Below are positions 1 to 10,799 of a stretch of DNA of 64,000 bases, piece after piece. The notes under the pieces are model-generated. The model did no database searches. It saw nothing but the letters and a program-made list of their open reading frames with translations, and had not been told where the DNA came from. The stretch's first letter is position 1. Each line of letters starts with the position of its first letter. This DNA comes from a virus. The stretch spans positions 1 to 64,000 of IMG/VR virus record IMGVR_UViG_3300044630_003053. One strand, written 5' to 3'. The position numbers and the translations under genes were made by a program.

Positions 1-21
1 TGGTTAATTTTACATCATTTT

Positions 22-339
22 TCATTTATTAAACATTTTATTTATTTTTAGATATGGGTCGAAAATAATTTTATCTCCTATGTTATGTTCTTTTAAAATG
101 TAATCATTTTTTCTAACATTTAAAAGTTTATGACCCTCACTTATGTGTTTATTTATCGATTCATCTTCCCTGTCTATGAATTTATCTATTATTTCCATAA
201 AGAATTTTACATTTATAAATTTGCCTACACACCTATGACCATAAAATCTTTTCTGTGGATCATTAGTTTTACCAACATAGAAAATATCATTTGTTTCTTC
301 CCTTATTAGTTTATATAGATATGTATAGTTTATATTCAT
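22..339 (-). CDS. GIY-YIG family endonuclease (small, freestanding)
   Basis: N-terminal YLYKLI...IFYVGKT..KRF.GH matches the GIY-YIG motif; complete ORF. Confidence 0.65.
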   Translation of the reverse strand: MNINYTYLYKLIREETNDIFYVGKTNDPQKRFYGHRCVGKFINVKFFMEIIDKFIDREDESINKHISEGHKLLNVRKNDYILKEHNIGDKIIFDPYLKINKMFNK

Positions 340-420
340 ATATAATAAATATATACAAAACGATTAAAAAAATATCGTCAATTAAGACGATACTTCATTT
401 AATCGTTAGTATAAACGATA

Positions 421-585
421 TTATTGATTATTTAAACGGTCGATAATTGCATCAACCCCCGTTTGATTTGTTGTCGGTGCAGGTGCTGGTTGTGTGACAA
501 CAGGTGTTCCCGTTTCGGTTAATGTTATGTTCGTCGGTTGAACAGGTTGTGAGTTAGAATTGTTTTTTTTGCATCCGCAGCCCAT
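421..585 (-). CDS. small hypothetical protein (54 aa, MGCGCKK N-terminus)
   Basis: hand-translated ORF in the 340-674 gap; not in the ORF track (under 60 aa). Confidence 0.25.
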   Translation of the reverse strand: MGCGCKKNNSNSQPVQPTNITLTETGTPVVTQPAPAPTTNQTGVDAIIDRLNNQ

Positions 586-674
586 GGTATTTCTTTTTTT
601 TATAAATATTTTGGTTTATTGTTTTTTATTTCCTATATTTTACTAAAGTATACAAAAAAAATATCAAAAAACAA

Positions 675-1388
675 ATGGAAAAAGACTTTAAACCTGTAAA
701 AAGTGTTTACAACAGTAACTACGACGCAATTAAAAACATTATGTTTCTCTATAATATCGAAAGATTCGATTTAGATTGTACATATTCAAAAGGTAATTTT
801 TGGAAAGATTTACCATCACCGATTAATAAATCCGACATTTATCCTGTTAATGATACGGTTGTGGAATGTAGTTCAGAGAATTTGTCGTTTGCAGACGGAA
901 CGATGAAAAGTATTATGTTTGACCCACCTTTTGTTATTGCTGGTAAGTCTTATCGTGATAATAAAGAGGGTAGTTCGATTATAGCAAAGAGATTTGAGGG
1001 TTATGAGTCATATAACCACCTAAAAAACCACTATTTTAACACATTGAAGGAATTGTACCGAGTTTGTGAGAAAGGTGGTTACGTAGTCTTTAAATGTCAA
1101 GACACGGTATCCGGAGGCAAGAATCATTTTTCTCACGTTATGGTTATGAATATGGCACAGGAATTAGGATTCTATCCGAGAGACTTATTCATCCTCACAT
1201 CAAACGTCCGTATTAATAGCTTTGGTACCAAGTGGACTAAACAAGAACACGCTCGAAAATATCACAGTTATTTTTGGGTGTTTGAAAAGGTTAAACCAAG
1301 AGTGAAATACGATAGTCCTATCGAACAGGATTCTGAGGAGAACCAAGATACATTGCAACACGATCACCCACTTTCCAACCATCAGTAG
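675..1388 (+). CDS. putative DNA methyltransferase (DPPF motif); 3' end uncertain
   Basis: MFDPPFVIAGKSY resembles motif IV (DPPY/F) of N6-adenine/N4-cytosine MTases; the last 70 nt overlap a convergent DUF192 ORF. Confidence 0.4.
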   Translation: MEKDFKPVKSVYNSNYDAIKNIMFLYNIERFDLDCTYSKGNFWKDLPSPINKSDIYPVNDTVVECSSENLSFADGTMKSIMFDPPFVIAGKSYRDNKEGSSIIAKRFEGYESYNHLKNHYFNTLKELYRVCEKGGYVVFKCQDTVSGGKNHFSHVMVMNMAQELGFYPRDLFILTSNVRINSFGTKWTKQEHARKYHSYFWVFEKVKPRVKYDSPIEQDSEENQDTLQHDHPLSNHQ

Positions 1389-1683
1389 TTCCTGCAGGAA
1401 ATTCTATTACGTGGTCACCAATACCGGTGTAACGAGGTAGAGTCATCCTATGTGAATCTTCAACAGGACAATTGGAATGAATACGATTGATACGGTTGTT
1501 AAGTACAAAGACAATATCAAGTGGGATTAGACAATTCTTCATCCAAAATGAATGATGACCTTTTCCCATCTTAAAAACCATACAACCGTCTAACGACTTT
1601 CTACCCATCATACCACGACTTATGTCCTCTGGTTGGGATAGATATTCGGCATTAAAGGTTTTGTTGTTGATGTGAACTGACAT
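1318..1683 (-). CDS. DUF192 (COG1430)-like protein
   Basis: MKNCLIPLDIVFV matches the DUF192 M.NT.IPLD.IF signature. Confidence 0.5.
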   Translation of the reverse strand: MSVHINNKTFNAEYLSQPEDISRGMMGRKSLDGCMVFKMGKGHHSFWMKNCLIPLDIVFVLNNRINRIHSNCPVEDSHRMTLPRYTGIGDHVIEFPAGTTDGWKVGDRVAMYLGSPQNPVR

Positions 1684-1723
1684 AACTATAATTATTTGGT
1701 TTTTTTAAAATAATTTATTATAT

Positions 1724-1996
1724 TTGAGCATGGAAAGAATTTTTGGTGGTTTAATAGAATTCGAAGATACGGAAGAATTTGACCGATTCGTACTGAATAT
1801 TGATGAGGAATCCGCATTAACGATAATTGAAAAGGCTTTGGAGTTCTGTAATCAAAATAGAATGTTTAACTTAATGGAAGCCAATACGTTATATAAATGT
1901 TTAACTAAATTAAAAGAAAATGAAAATCAGATTAAAAGAAATCATCTACATAATGATGATAGTGACGGGGATATTAGTTCAGAAATACGGTCTTAA
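1724..1996 (+). CDS. hypothetical protein
   Basis: complete ORF, acidic. Confidence 0.4.
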   Translation: MSMERIFGGLIEFEDTEEFDRFVLNIDEESALTIIEKALEFCNQNRMFNLMEANTLYKCLTKLKENENQIKRNHLHNDDSDGDISSEIRS

Positions 1997-2100
1997 AGGT
2001 ACCGACCCTGAATTAGTAAAATATTTTGGATGGGGAGTGATATCACTTGGTTCATTTAACTTAGTGTTAGATTATTTTAGAAAACCTAAAAAGAAATAAT

Positions 2101-2679
2101 ATGCCAAAACGTACTAAAAAATGGGAGAAAGACTTTGAGAAAAGATACTCCAACGCAATTAAAGAATTGCAATCATTAGAGAAAGAATACAAACAAATGA
2201 GAGAAGAAAATACCGATGGTTATTGGTTAGGTCTTTATCCGGGTGAATCGTTTGTAGACTTTGGGGATTGTGACAATTATAGTGTTAGTTATGTAAAGGA
2301 AAATCAATATAAAGAAAGTGATTCCGAACACGTATCAATTACTCTTAATTCAGATTTAGGAAGTTTTAGTTTTGATTTCAATTCCTTAAAACAACTTAAA
2401 TCATTTAGAAACGATATCATTGAAGAATGTGATAAAATGAGTAGAGAGGATGTATCGGTAAGTATTGATACTGAGGAGTGTGAGGAAGAAGAAGGTTGGG
2501 AAGATAATGAAGAACAAGAGTACACAATCCAATGTTCAAGAACTGCAGTTCAAACTTGGACCCATACCGTAATGGCAAGAAGTACCTGTGAAGCATATAG
2601 AAAAGCTCAAGATGGCGAAGGTCACGATGAAAATGATGACTTTGATCAATATGGTGATATCGATTGGGAAGAAATTTAA
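2101..2679 (+). CDS. hypothetical acidic protein
   Basis: 192-aa ORF, strongly acidic C-terminus; antisense ORFs 2304-2525 and 2417-2689 discounted. Confidence 0.5.
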   Translation: MPKRTKKWEKDFEKRYSNAIKELQSLEKEYKQMREENTDGYWLGLYPGESFVDFGDCDNYSVSYVKENQYKESDSEHVSITLNSDLGSFSFDFNSLKQLKSFRNDIIEECDKMSREDVSVSIDTEECEEEEGWEDNEEQEYTIQCSRTAVQTWTHTVMARSTCEAYRKAQDGEGHDENDDFDQYGDIDWEEI

Positions 2680-2894
2680 ACAAATACAATATGCCAAAAT
2701 TTATTATTATTGCTGAACGTTATGTGGAAGAGGCTTGGACCCTTCACGTTGAGGCTGAAACTGCAGAAGAAGCATTACAAAAAGTTGAAGATTGTCCTTG
2801 GGACGAATGTGATGATGTAGACCACCAACAAGATGTTACATCATATAGAGATGAGGTCGAGTACCGTTTTGATGGAGAAATTGAAGAAGAATAA
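2664..2894 (+). CDS. hypothetical acidic protein
   Basis: ORF. Confidence 0.4.
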   Translation: MGRNLNKYNMPKFIIIAERYVEEAWTLHVEAETAEEALQKVEDCPWDECDDVDHQQDVTSYRDEVEYRFDGEIEEE

Positions 2895-2987
2895 TGTACA
2901 TTAAACAAACAATATTATATGTTTTCATTATAATGATATGTTCAATATGGATAACATATGATATTATAAAAAATAAAAAGAAATAGT

Positions 2988-3278
2988 ATGGACTTAACCG
3001 CAGAAATGGAAAATTACAACAAAGTTAAAGACATTGTACTAAGCAAATTAGTAAGTGAGGGACTATTAGACGAATCTGATTCAGAAGAATTTTCTGAAAG
3101 ATGTCAAGTTTTAGCTTACAAAGGTAAATGGTTTAGTAAATGGTTTGACAAGAATGTGAAATCAGAAAATTCTAAATCAGATCCTAACGGTTATTACATT
3201 CGTATAATTGAAATGAAGGAGAGGGAAGATGATGTTGATAAATTATTAAGAAGAACGACCGGCAACTACGATGAGTAA
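2988..3278 (+). CDS. hypothetical protein
   Basis: ORF. Confidence 0.4.
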   Translation: MDLTAEMENYNKVKDIVLSKLVSEGLLDESDSEEFSERCQVLAYKGKWFSKWFDKNVKSENSKSDPNGYYIRIIEMKEREDDVDKLLRRTTGNYDE

Positions 3279-3573
3279 TTATTTATTGATTTTAGTATTT
3301 CAAATTATGTTTAATATCTTCAAAGTTATGGAGATAAAATTTACATATGAGAATAACATTAAAAGTTTATTGGTTAATAGTTTTTGGATAAGTCTTGTCT
3401 CATTGGGTGCAACATACTACTCATTAGATGGATTATTCAAAGGAGATTACTTAGGGGTTGTATTTTATATTGCCGGAAGTATTATTGGGAAATGGTTCGC
3501 AATGGTTCATTACGAAAAAATAAAAGATAAATTTAAACCATTCTTTAAAAAAAATGAAAAAGAAATATTATAA
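3271..3573 (+). CDS. hypothetical membrane protein
   Basis: hydrophobic segments. Confidence 0.4.
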   Translation: MSNYLLILVFQIMFNIFKVMEIKFTYENNIKSLLVNSFWISLVSLGATYYSLDGLFKGDYLGVVFYIAGSIIGKWFAMVHYEKIKDKFKPFFKKNEKEIL

Positions 3574-3713
3574 AGATTTTTTTATCTATAAAAAGAGACA
3601 TCATTGGTTCTTAATACCAACAATTGTTTTTTTTTACAATAAAACCGAGTTCCTTGAAACTGGTGTCCACACACCATCTTGGGGATTAACTGTTAGATGG
3701 TTACAATATATGG

Positions 3714-4112
3714 TTGGGGTTCAGATACAAAAAATTTATTAATATGAAAAATAAAGATACAAGTCTATTAGCATTCGGGGCGATTGTTTCCCTATTTGGG
3801 GTATTTGTTTCATTAATGTATTTTAATGATAAACCCACACCAGTTGTGACAACAACAATCTGTAAGGAAGATTCATTACAAAACGTAATTAATGAATTAC
3901 AAATGGATTTGAAAATGCAATCAGATGGTTTTGATTTCAAAGAAAGAAGATATTCTGAAATTTTATTTGAATATGAATATGGGGTTGACCATTTAAAAAA
4001 TTATCAACCACAAGCATATAGAGAGTTTCATAGAATTTTATCCCATAAGGAAAATTTTAGCAGACAAGACGAACAAGATAATATTAAAAGATTAGAAACA
4101 CCAAAATGGTAA
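3714..4112 (+). CDS. hypothetical protein with N-terminal TM segment
   Basis: ORF; overlapping ORFs 3554-3742 and 3701-3940 less likely. Confidence 0.4.
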   Translation: MGFRYKKFINMKNKDTSLLAFGAIVSLFGVFVSLMYFNDKPTPVVTTTICKEDSLQNVINELQMDLKMQSDGFDFKERRYSEILFEYEYGVDHLKNYQPQAYREFHRILSHKENFSRQDEQDNIKRLETPKW

Positions 4113-5257
4113 ACATGAATAGATTAGATAAAAGATATCAAGATTTATTACAAGATATTTTAGATAATGGAGTCGTAAAAACGGACAGAACTGGTACAGG
4201 TACAATATCGGTATTTGGTAGACAAATTAAACATAAGATGTCACAAGGGTTTCCATTACTTACCACAAAGAAAATTGCGTGGAAAACAATGGTAACCGAG
4301 TTGTTATGGTTTCTACGAGGGGATACCAATATCAAATACCTTGTCGATAATGGTTGTAACATTTGGAATGGTGATGCATTTAAGAACTACACTAAAAAAA
4401 TTAATGATGTTATTGATGGATATAAGTGTGGTGACATAATGGGGATGCAACCACACATGGAAGTGTGGTTTAGTGATTCTGATAAATTAACACCATTAAC
4501 TCAAGAAGAGTTTATTGACAAAATAAAAACGAATGATGAGTTTGCTGAACGATGGGGTGAGTTAGGACCAATATATGGTAAACAATGGAGAAGTTGGTTA
4601 AAAGTGGGTGAAGAGGTTGATCAAATTCAAAACCTAATTGATGAACTTAAAACAAATCCAGATAGTAGAAGACTAATGGTGTCCGCATGGAATGTCGGTG
4701 AGTTAAACCATATGATTCTTCCCCCTTGTCATTACGGGTTTCAAGTTTATACCAGAGAATTAACCGGTGAAGAAAGATGGGACTTACTGAAGAAGAAGGT
4801 AGGTGAAGAAAGATTTCAATTAATGGTAGAAGATATTGTTCCATTTGGTGGTGGATTAAGTGAGGAGTTACAAGTATATAATATCCCTAAACGAGCAATA
4901 TCATTAATGTGGAATCAAAGATCTGTGGATACATTCTTAGGATTACCATTCAACATCGCATCATATGGTTTGTTATTGGAAATTTTTGCTAGAGAAGTGA
5001 ACATGATTCCAGAAGATTTGATTGGTAATTTGGGAGATGTACACTTATATAAAAATCACATCGAACAAGCTAAGGAACAAATTAATAGAGAACCATATAG
5101 GAATCTACCTAAATTGGGATTCAGTCCAATACCATTGGCACACTTTGAACATCATGTGGATAGTTTTAATGATTTTGTAAATCGTTTACAACCACACCAA
5201 TTCATTATTGACGAGTACGAAAGTCATCCACCAATAAAAGCCCCATTAAGTAATTAA
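4106..5257 (+). CDS. thyA: thymidylate synthase (ThyA family) with two large insertions
   Basis: DRTGTGT, LLWFL.GDTN, GPIYGKQWR, SAWNVGEL, PPCH, LGLPFNIASYGLL motifs; 383 aa versus about 264 canonical. Confidence 0.9.
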   Translation: MVNMNRLDKRYQDLLQDILDNGVVKTDRTGTGTISVFGRQIKHKMSQGFPLLTTKKIAWKTMVTELLWFLRGDTNIKYLVDNGCNIWNGDAFKNYTKKINDVIDGYKCGDIMGMQPHMEVWFSDSDKLTPLTQEEFIDKIKTNDEFAERWGELGPIYGKQWRSWLKVGEEVDQIQNLIDELKTNPDSRRLMVSAWNVGELNHMILPPCHYGFQVYTRELTGEERWDLLKKKVGEERFQLMVEDIVPFGGGLSEELQVYNIPKRAISLMWNQRSVDTFLGLPFNIASYGLLLEIFAREVNMIPEDLIGNLGDVHLYKNHIEQAKEQINREPYRNLPKLGFSPIPLAHFEHHVDSFNDFVNRLQPHQFIIDEYESHPPIKAPLSN

Positions 5258-5258
5258 T

Positions 5259-5507
5259 ATGTTTATCCATATTACACCAGACGAATTAGAAGAGGAATTT
5301 AGAGAGTCCTGGAAATTAGGACATATTATACACCCATCGATTGATTATGCTGATAATGCAATTTATGCCGTTTTTGAAGGTAAATTGGTAATAATATTCA
5401 GATTTAAGAAGTATGGGTGGATTAATGATAACCGACAGAATACTTACAATGTGAGCGCGGGGTCCGCGGGGATAACAATTAACATAATAAAAAATGAAAC
5501 AAATTAA
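5259..5507 (+). CDS. hypothetical protein
   Basis: ORF. Confidence 0.4.
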   Translation: MFIHITPDELEEEFRESWKLGHIIHPSIDYADNAIYAVFEGKLVIIFRFKKYGWINDNRQNTYNVSAGSAGITINIIKNETN

Positions 5508-5973
5508 AATTTTAATAATATTAATGTTCACATTGAATATTAATTCTATGGCACAAAATCAGTTTTCAGATTATGTGACTCATTTAAAGAACGACACCTT
5601 AAATTTAAAACGATTAGAATCATTTGTTATGGAGTGGTATGGAATCAAATATCAATTAGGTGGAAACACAAAAAACGGTATTGACTGTTCCCAATTTGCC
5701 AAAAAACTTTATTGGGAGGTATATGGTAAGAAACTAAATAACACTTGTGCGGAACAATGGAAACAAACAAATAGAATTAAAAAAGATAGTTTAATGGTTG
5801 GGGACATAGTCTTCTTTAGAAGTACTCAAAGTCCAAGTGGATGGCATTGTGGGGTGTATTTGGGTAGGGATACCTTTGTACATGCGGCAAATAAGAAAGA
5901 AGGGGTCAAGATAAGCAGCTTATCCGAACCCCGTTATCTTAGTTCATATAAGGGTGCAGGACGTTTGAATTAA
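5494..5973 (+). CDS. secreted NlpC/P60 family peptidase
   Basis: signal peptide; GIDCSQF...H...GDIVFF fits the Cys-His NlpC/P60 core. Confidence 0.7.
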   Translation: MKQIKILIILMFTLNINSMAQNQFSDYVTHLKNDTLNLKRLESFVMEWYGIKYQLGGNTKNGIDCSQFAKKLYWEVYGKKLNNTCAEQWKQTNRIKKDSLMVGDIVFFRSTQSPSGWHCGVYLGRDTFVHAANKKEGVKISSLSEPRYLSSYKGAGRLN

Positions 5974-6168
5974 CGTCCCTGACCTTTGTATTTCTTTGGT
6001 TTTTGATCTTTAGGACCGTAAGATTTACGAGCTTTACCTGTTGTCTTTTTACCAAATGATACTTTCATTGCCGAAGAACTCCCTTTTGCCTTTGCCATAA
6101 TATATATTTTATATTAATAAGTATTTCTTAAATATTTTTTGTATATTTGTCTCGTAAACTATTGAACA

Positions 6169-8070
6169 ATGGAAGATATCATAACTCAAAAATTCACCTA
6201 TGCAACCATTACGGTTTTCAAGGATTATTGTAAAATAATTGATAAGAAAGAATCATTAAGTTCAATGGGGGTTGATTTGGACTCACTTGACGATGGGGAT
6301 GATGATATATTTGAAAGTGCCAAGAGTCTTATAAAATTCACAATCGATGATATGAGAAGACCGACCGTTGGCCGAACAACGGAATTTCCCGAAAAGGTAG
6401 GAAAAAGAAAAACAAAATTTTTCTATGGTGAACCTGGCATAAATGAACGTACCATAATAAATTACGCAATTAGAAATTTCGAGACCAGGGACGATAGACA
6501 CATTAAGAAATATTATGGTAGCCCGTTTAGTGAAATAACCGTTACCACAATTGAACGTTCTATTAGGAGACACGGAAATAAAATAACAATTAAACTATAT
6601 CGACACCATAGACACAGAGCGTTTAACAACATTTACTTTAAGAAATCAACTGGTGTTGAGTCAGTAACGTTTAATGTTAATAATGGTAATTTTACCACAC
6701 TTAGTATGAATAAAAGTGGTAGGAAAACAACTAAGACATTTAGAACCAACAACTTCAACTTTTTGGAGATGCAATTCAAAGATGGTGGAATTTTAAACAT
6801 GAGAAAGTGTTTAGATGACAACTCTGTTCTGTTGAAAGAGTATAATGAGACATTTAATAATACGGATTTTATTTTTGAAATAGATAAGGTATTCAATCTA
6901 AATCAGAATTTTAGTTTTAATGGTACATGGTTCTGTCAATTAATGTTAGAACGATTTGTTGAATTGAAAAAGATTAAAGTATCTAACGATTACGGTATAT
7001 GGATTAAAAAGTATTATCCCACTGAAAAGTTTTTAAAGAAAAACGACAGAAAATTAATTGCTTCGATTTTGGATATGTTTCAAATCAAATCTAAAATTAC
7101 AATTAAAATAATGCATGAAAATACTAAAATAGATATACATGCATTATCTCGTTTATGTTATTTTTTCGGTGATAATTTTTCAAAATATATTGGTAGTATC
7201 GATTTGGTACATTTTATGAATTCAACATACGAAGACACCGTTGATATTGGTTACCCTAAATTTAAATTTGCGGAAGAATTAAAAAAAGAAAAGTTCCTAA
7301 TAACAAATATCGAAAAGGAAAATATCGTTAAAATCATTAATAATTTAAACAACGAAATACGAGGATATCAAAGATTAACCAATAAGAAAGAGACATTGAT
7401 TAACCATAGATTTATCGGTGATTTAAATGATCATTTTAAGATGATTGATAAATTACGTAAATTCATACCTGATTTATATTTAAAATCTAAAAACATAGAT
7501 GATTTTGATAAAGAACATTTGGAATTATCTAAAATGATGAAATTCATTAAAAAGGGATATGTTATTGAATATCAATTTGTTGATAAGATGGTTAACGATG
7601 TAGAATCACCAATTAAAGTTAAGATTAATTTAAGTGATGATGAGTCAAATCCCGAATGGGTCACTCCCGAATTCTATCCTTATATCTTAAAACGAGAAGA
7701 GGATTATGATGAGGAAGGTAATTTCATGCACCATTGTGTGGCATCATATTCGGATAAAGAAAAATCGATTATTGTTTCGGTAAGAACTGAAGATAAAAAA
7801 GATAGGGTTACTTGTGAATTTGATTGTCAAACAGGTACTCTAATTCAAGCGAGACACTTTTGTAATAAACAACCTCCTGCTGACATTGATTTAGCCGTCA
7901 ATATCCTAAAAGAAAAAACTAAGCACTATGCTAGAATGGGTTTATTACATTCTTTAGATAAAAAAAAGGTACCGGTTAAAATTAATGGAATAGAAATTAT
8001 ACCTGAAATTAAAGAACCAACACGAATATCTGATGTGTTATTTGATATGAGGCGTGAACCTGCATTTTAA
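6169..8070 (+). CDS. hypothetical protein, paralog of 8101-9519
   Basis: 633 aa; shares LSRLCYFFGDNF, KKNDRKLI..ILD and C-terminal HHCVASYSD blocks with the next gene. Confidence 0.6.
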   Translation: MEDIITQKFTYATITVFKDYCKIIDKKESLSSMGVDLDSLDDGDDDIFESAKSLIKFTIDDMRRPTVGRTTEFPEKVGKRKTKFFYGEPGINERTIINYAIRNFETRDDRHIKKYYGSPFSEITVTTIERSIRRHGNKITIKLYRHHRHRAFNNIYFKKSTGVESVTFNVNNGNFTTLSMNKSGRKTTKTFRTNNFNFLEMQFKDGGILNMRKCLDDNSVLLKEYNETFNNTDFIFEIDKVFNLNQNFSFNGTWFCQLMLERFVELKKIKVSNDYGIWIKKYYPTEKFLKKNDRKLIASILDMFQIKSKITIKIMHENTKIDIHALSRLCYFFGDNFSKYIGSIDLVHFMNSTYEDTVDIGYPKFKFAEELKKEKFLITNIEKENIVKIINNLNNEIRGYQRLTNKKETLINHRFIGDLNDHFKMIDKLRKFIPDLYLKSKNIDDFDKEHLELSKMMKFIKKGYVIEYQFVDKMVNDVESPIKVKINLSDDESNPEWVTPEFYPYILKREEDYDEEGNFMHHCVASYSDKEKSIIVSVRTEDKKDRVTCEFDCQTGTLIQARHFCNKQPPADIDLAVNILKEKTKHYARMGLLHSLDKKKVPVKINGIEIIPEIKEPTRISDVLFDMRREPAF

Positions 8071-8100
8071 CTACACAATTCAAATAAATCCATATATATT

Positions 8101-9519
8101 TTGTATATGGATTTATTATTTATACACAACCAAGAGAAGAAAGACAAGAAAAGTAAATCATTATCAACGTGTGATTTAAAGTTATATAATGACGATGATG
8201 ATATTGTTTACAAATCTACATTTGATTTTGATTACCAAAGATATGGTAAAAATAAAAAAGTTCTTTTTGAACATGAACTGGTTTTAAATAAAAAAACCGG
8301 AGACATCTTTATAACGTATAAAATTGTTAATGATGGTTTAACAGACATGAAAATGTTTAGAACCACCACCAAACAAAAAAAGAATAACTTTAGTTTATTA
8401 TTAGATTTAACTGAGAATGGTTTTGAGAGGGGAGAAAAGAGAATTGGGTTTTGGGGAGTGAAGTATTCAAGAGCAACTAATAAAATAATAGAATTAATTT
8501 ATAATTTAATCAAAGATAATTTCAAATCAGAATTTATCATTCAAAAAATTAATAAGGGTGAGTGTGAAATAAACTTTCTTTATGATATGGTTGTTGATTT
8601 TCATTTAGAAATGAAGGGTATTAAAGGACACGACAGTGTTTATTATGATATACAACATGATTACCCCAAAAAGAAATGGTTAGAGAAAAACGATTATAAA
8701 TTTCTACCGTCGGTGTTAGACCACTATGGAATCAAATCAAAATATCTTATTGGTGAATTGAATAAACAGAATTCCCATAAGAGTATTAAGTTAGATTCTT
8801 TAAACTATATCTGTAAATTATTTGGTGACAATTACATAGATTATTTAAAGAAAATAAAATGGGAGAAACATTGTTTTGATTATACACCCAACAAAAAATT
8901 ACACGTATTAAAAAATGATACGGAAAAAAACTGTATGGTTAGTGTTATTAATAAGTGGGAGAGTGATTCTTTAAAAACAGATTCATTAGTTTATTTGGTC
9001 AATAAGTTATTATCAATTAGAGAGTTACTTGAAGCTAGAGGAGTTGAATTAAAATTTAAAGCTAAGAACGATAATGAATTTGATAATTTATTGGAGATGT
9101 GGTCAGGAATTAAATTTCATTTCGCTCGAGGTTATAAAGTTAGATATGATTTACCAAAAGAATTTATGGATGAGATTGAGGAAGATATTATAGTTGGTGG
9201 GGAATCATTTAAACCCAAAGTTTTGGTGACAGAAGAGGATTTTAGAATTGAAGGGTTTAATATGAAAAACTGTATGTCTAAACAATTTCCACACGGATCA
9301 ATATACATTTATGTTGGGTTACAATGTAAACGAAAAAGGATAAACCTACAATATCGTAAGGGAGGTTTGGTACAATCATATGGTAAAGCTAACACACCAA
9401 CATTGGAGATGTTCAACGATGCGATAACCATATTAACCCAAAGGTTTAAAAAATACACATATCTTGAATGGAAAAAGGAAAAATACGACTTCCTAACTAA
9501 CTCATTATCAATACTTTAA
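8101..9519 (+). CDS. hypothetical protein, paralog of 6169-8070
   Basis: 472 aa; LNYICKLFGDNY, KKWLEKNDYKFLPSVLD. Confidence 0.6.
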   Translation: MYMDLLFIHNQEKKDKKSKSLSTCDLKLYNDDDDIVYKSTFDFDYQRYGKNKKVLFEHELVLNKKTGDIFITYKIVNDGLTDMKMFRTTTKQKKNNFSLLLDLTENGFERGEKRIGFWGVKYSRATNKIIELIYNLIKDNFKSEFIIQKINKGECEINFLYDMVVDFHLEMKGIKGHDSVYYDIQHDYPKKKWLEKNDYKFLPSVLDHYGIKSKYLIGELNKQNSHKSIKLDSLNYICKLFGDNYIDYLKKIKWEKHCFDYTPNKKLHVLKNDTEKNCMVSVINKWESDSLKTDSLVYLVNKLLSIRELLEARGVELKFKAKNDNEFDNLLEMWSGIKFHFARGYKVRYDLPKEFMDEIEEDIIVGGESFKPKVLVTEEDFRIEGFNMKNCMSKQFPHGSIYIYVGLQCKRKRINLQYRKGGLVQSYGKANTPTLEMFNDAITILTQRFKKYTYLEWKKEKYDFLTNSLSIL

Positions 9520-9602
9520 GAATAATTTAAAAAATATTCTAAAATTTTTTTTGTATTTCATAAAATATACATAACTTTGTTTCATCATTAAACAAAACAG
9601 GT

Positions 9603-10577
9603 ATGAAATATTTCTCAGTATGTAGTGGAATCGAGGCCGCAACAGTGGCTTGGTCCCCATTGAATTGGAAATGTGAAGGGTTATGTGACTTCGCATCTTT
9701 CCCACAAAAAGTATTATCACATCACTATCCAACAACCCCATTATTTTCAGACTTAACAAAATTAAACGAACATGAAAGTTACAGAAACATCAGCTTCGAC
9801 CTATTGGTCGGAGGAACGCCTTGTCAATCTTTTTCCGATGCAGGACTCAACAAAGGAATGGATGATGTCCGTGGTCAACTCTCCCTTGAGTATGGAAGAA
9901 TTCTTAAAGAAAAACGACCAAGATGGTTCATTTGGGAAAATGTCGAAGGCGTTTTTAAAAGCAAACACAGAAAAGCGTTATGTGAAATCATCTCCTCTTT
10001 CACAGGTACTAACTTCAAAGCAGAAGACCTCGACAAACAAGGTGTTGTCCAAGGAGAAGAATACTCCATCGCTTATAGGGTTTTCGACAGCCAATACTTC
10101 GGAGTTCCCCAACGACGCAAAAGAATCTTCATTGTTGGATATCGTGGAAACAATTGGAAAGTCCCATTCTCCGTATTATTTGAAGAAGGATGTTTTGAAA
10201 GCGTTAAAGAGAAGAATCGAATCAAGAGGGATGAGTACGCCAGAAATGTTCTTGGAGAAATTAAACTCGCAGGTACAGTAACAAAATCACACGCATCTAC
10301 ATTGGTTGATGGGTTTGGTAAAGTATCTACGTCTAACTATTGGATTGATAACAATAGTATTAGAATCTTCACAGAAAGAGAATTAGAGAGACTCCAAGGG
10401 TTTCCCGATGGTTATCTTGATTTTGAAATTGGTGGTAAAAAACCAAGTTATTCAAATGTTAAAGGTGCAATAGGTAACTCTATGACTGTCAATGTAATGT
10501 ATTGGATTGGTCAACGAATTAATTTTATTGACAATTATATTCAATCTAAAAATATTTTGAAATCCGAGAAAATTTAA
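9603..10577 (+). CDS. C5-cytosine DNA methyltransferase
   Basis: GGTPCQSFSDAG (IV), ENVEG (VI), QRRKRIFIVG (VIII), GNSMTVNV (X). Confidence 0.85.
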   Translation: MKYFSVCSGIEAATVAWSPLNWKCEGLCDFASFPQKVLSHHYPTTPLFSDLTKLNEHESYRNISFDLLVGGTPCQSFSDAGLNKGMDDVRGQLSLEYGRILKEKRPRWFIWENVEGVFKSKHRKALCEIISSFTGTNFKAEDLDKQGVVQGEEYSIAYRVFDSQYFGVPQRRKRIFIVGYRGNNWKVPFSVLFEEGCFESVKEKNRIKRDEYARNVLGEIKLAGTVTKSHASTLVDGFGKVSTSNYWIDNNSIRIFTERELERLQGFPDGYLDFEIGGKKPSYSNVKGAIGNSMTVNVMYWIGQRINFIDNYIQSKNILKSEKI

Positions 10578-10799
10578 CTATATTAGAATATGCAAGAAAA
10601 AGAATCAAAAACAAACAGTCACTTCTGGATAAGTTTTATTAAATCCGTTATCAGATTTGTGGCTTGTTATTTCTTATTTAATGGTGATTTTAGAAGTTCG
10701 GCTTTGTTATTTGCATTAGCTGAAGGTTTGGGTATTGCCGAAGAAATATTTTAACTATGAATTTTTATTTAATACAATCATTCGTAAAAAAACTAAAAG

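Noticed and set aside
2304-2689. Antisense ORFs 2304-2525 and 2417-2689
   Set aside because: They lie inside the acidic-protein gene on the opposite strand.
9772-10281. 169-aa ORF in an alternative frame
   Set aside because: It lies wholly inside the well-supported C5-MTase gene.
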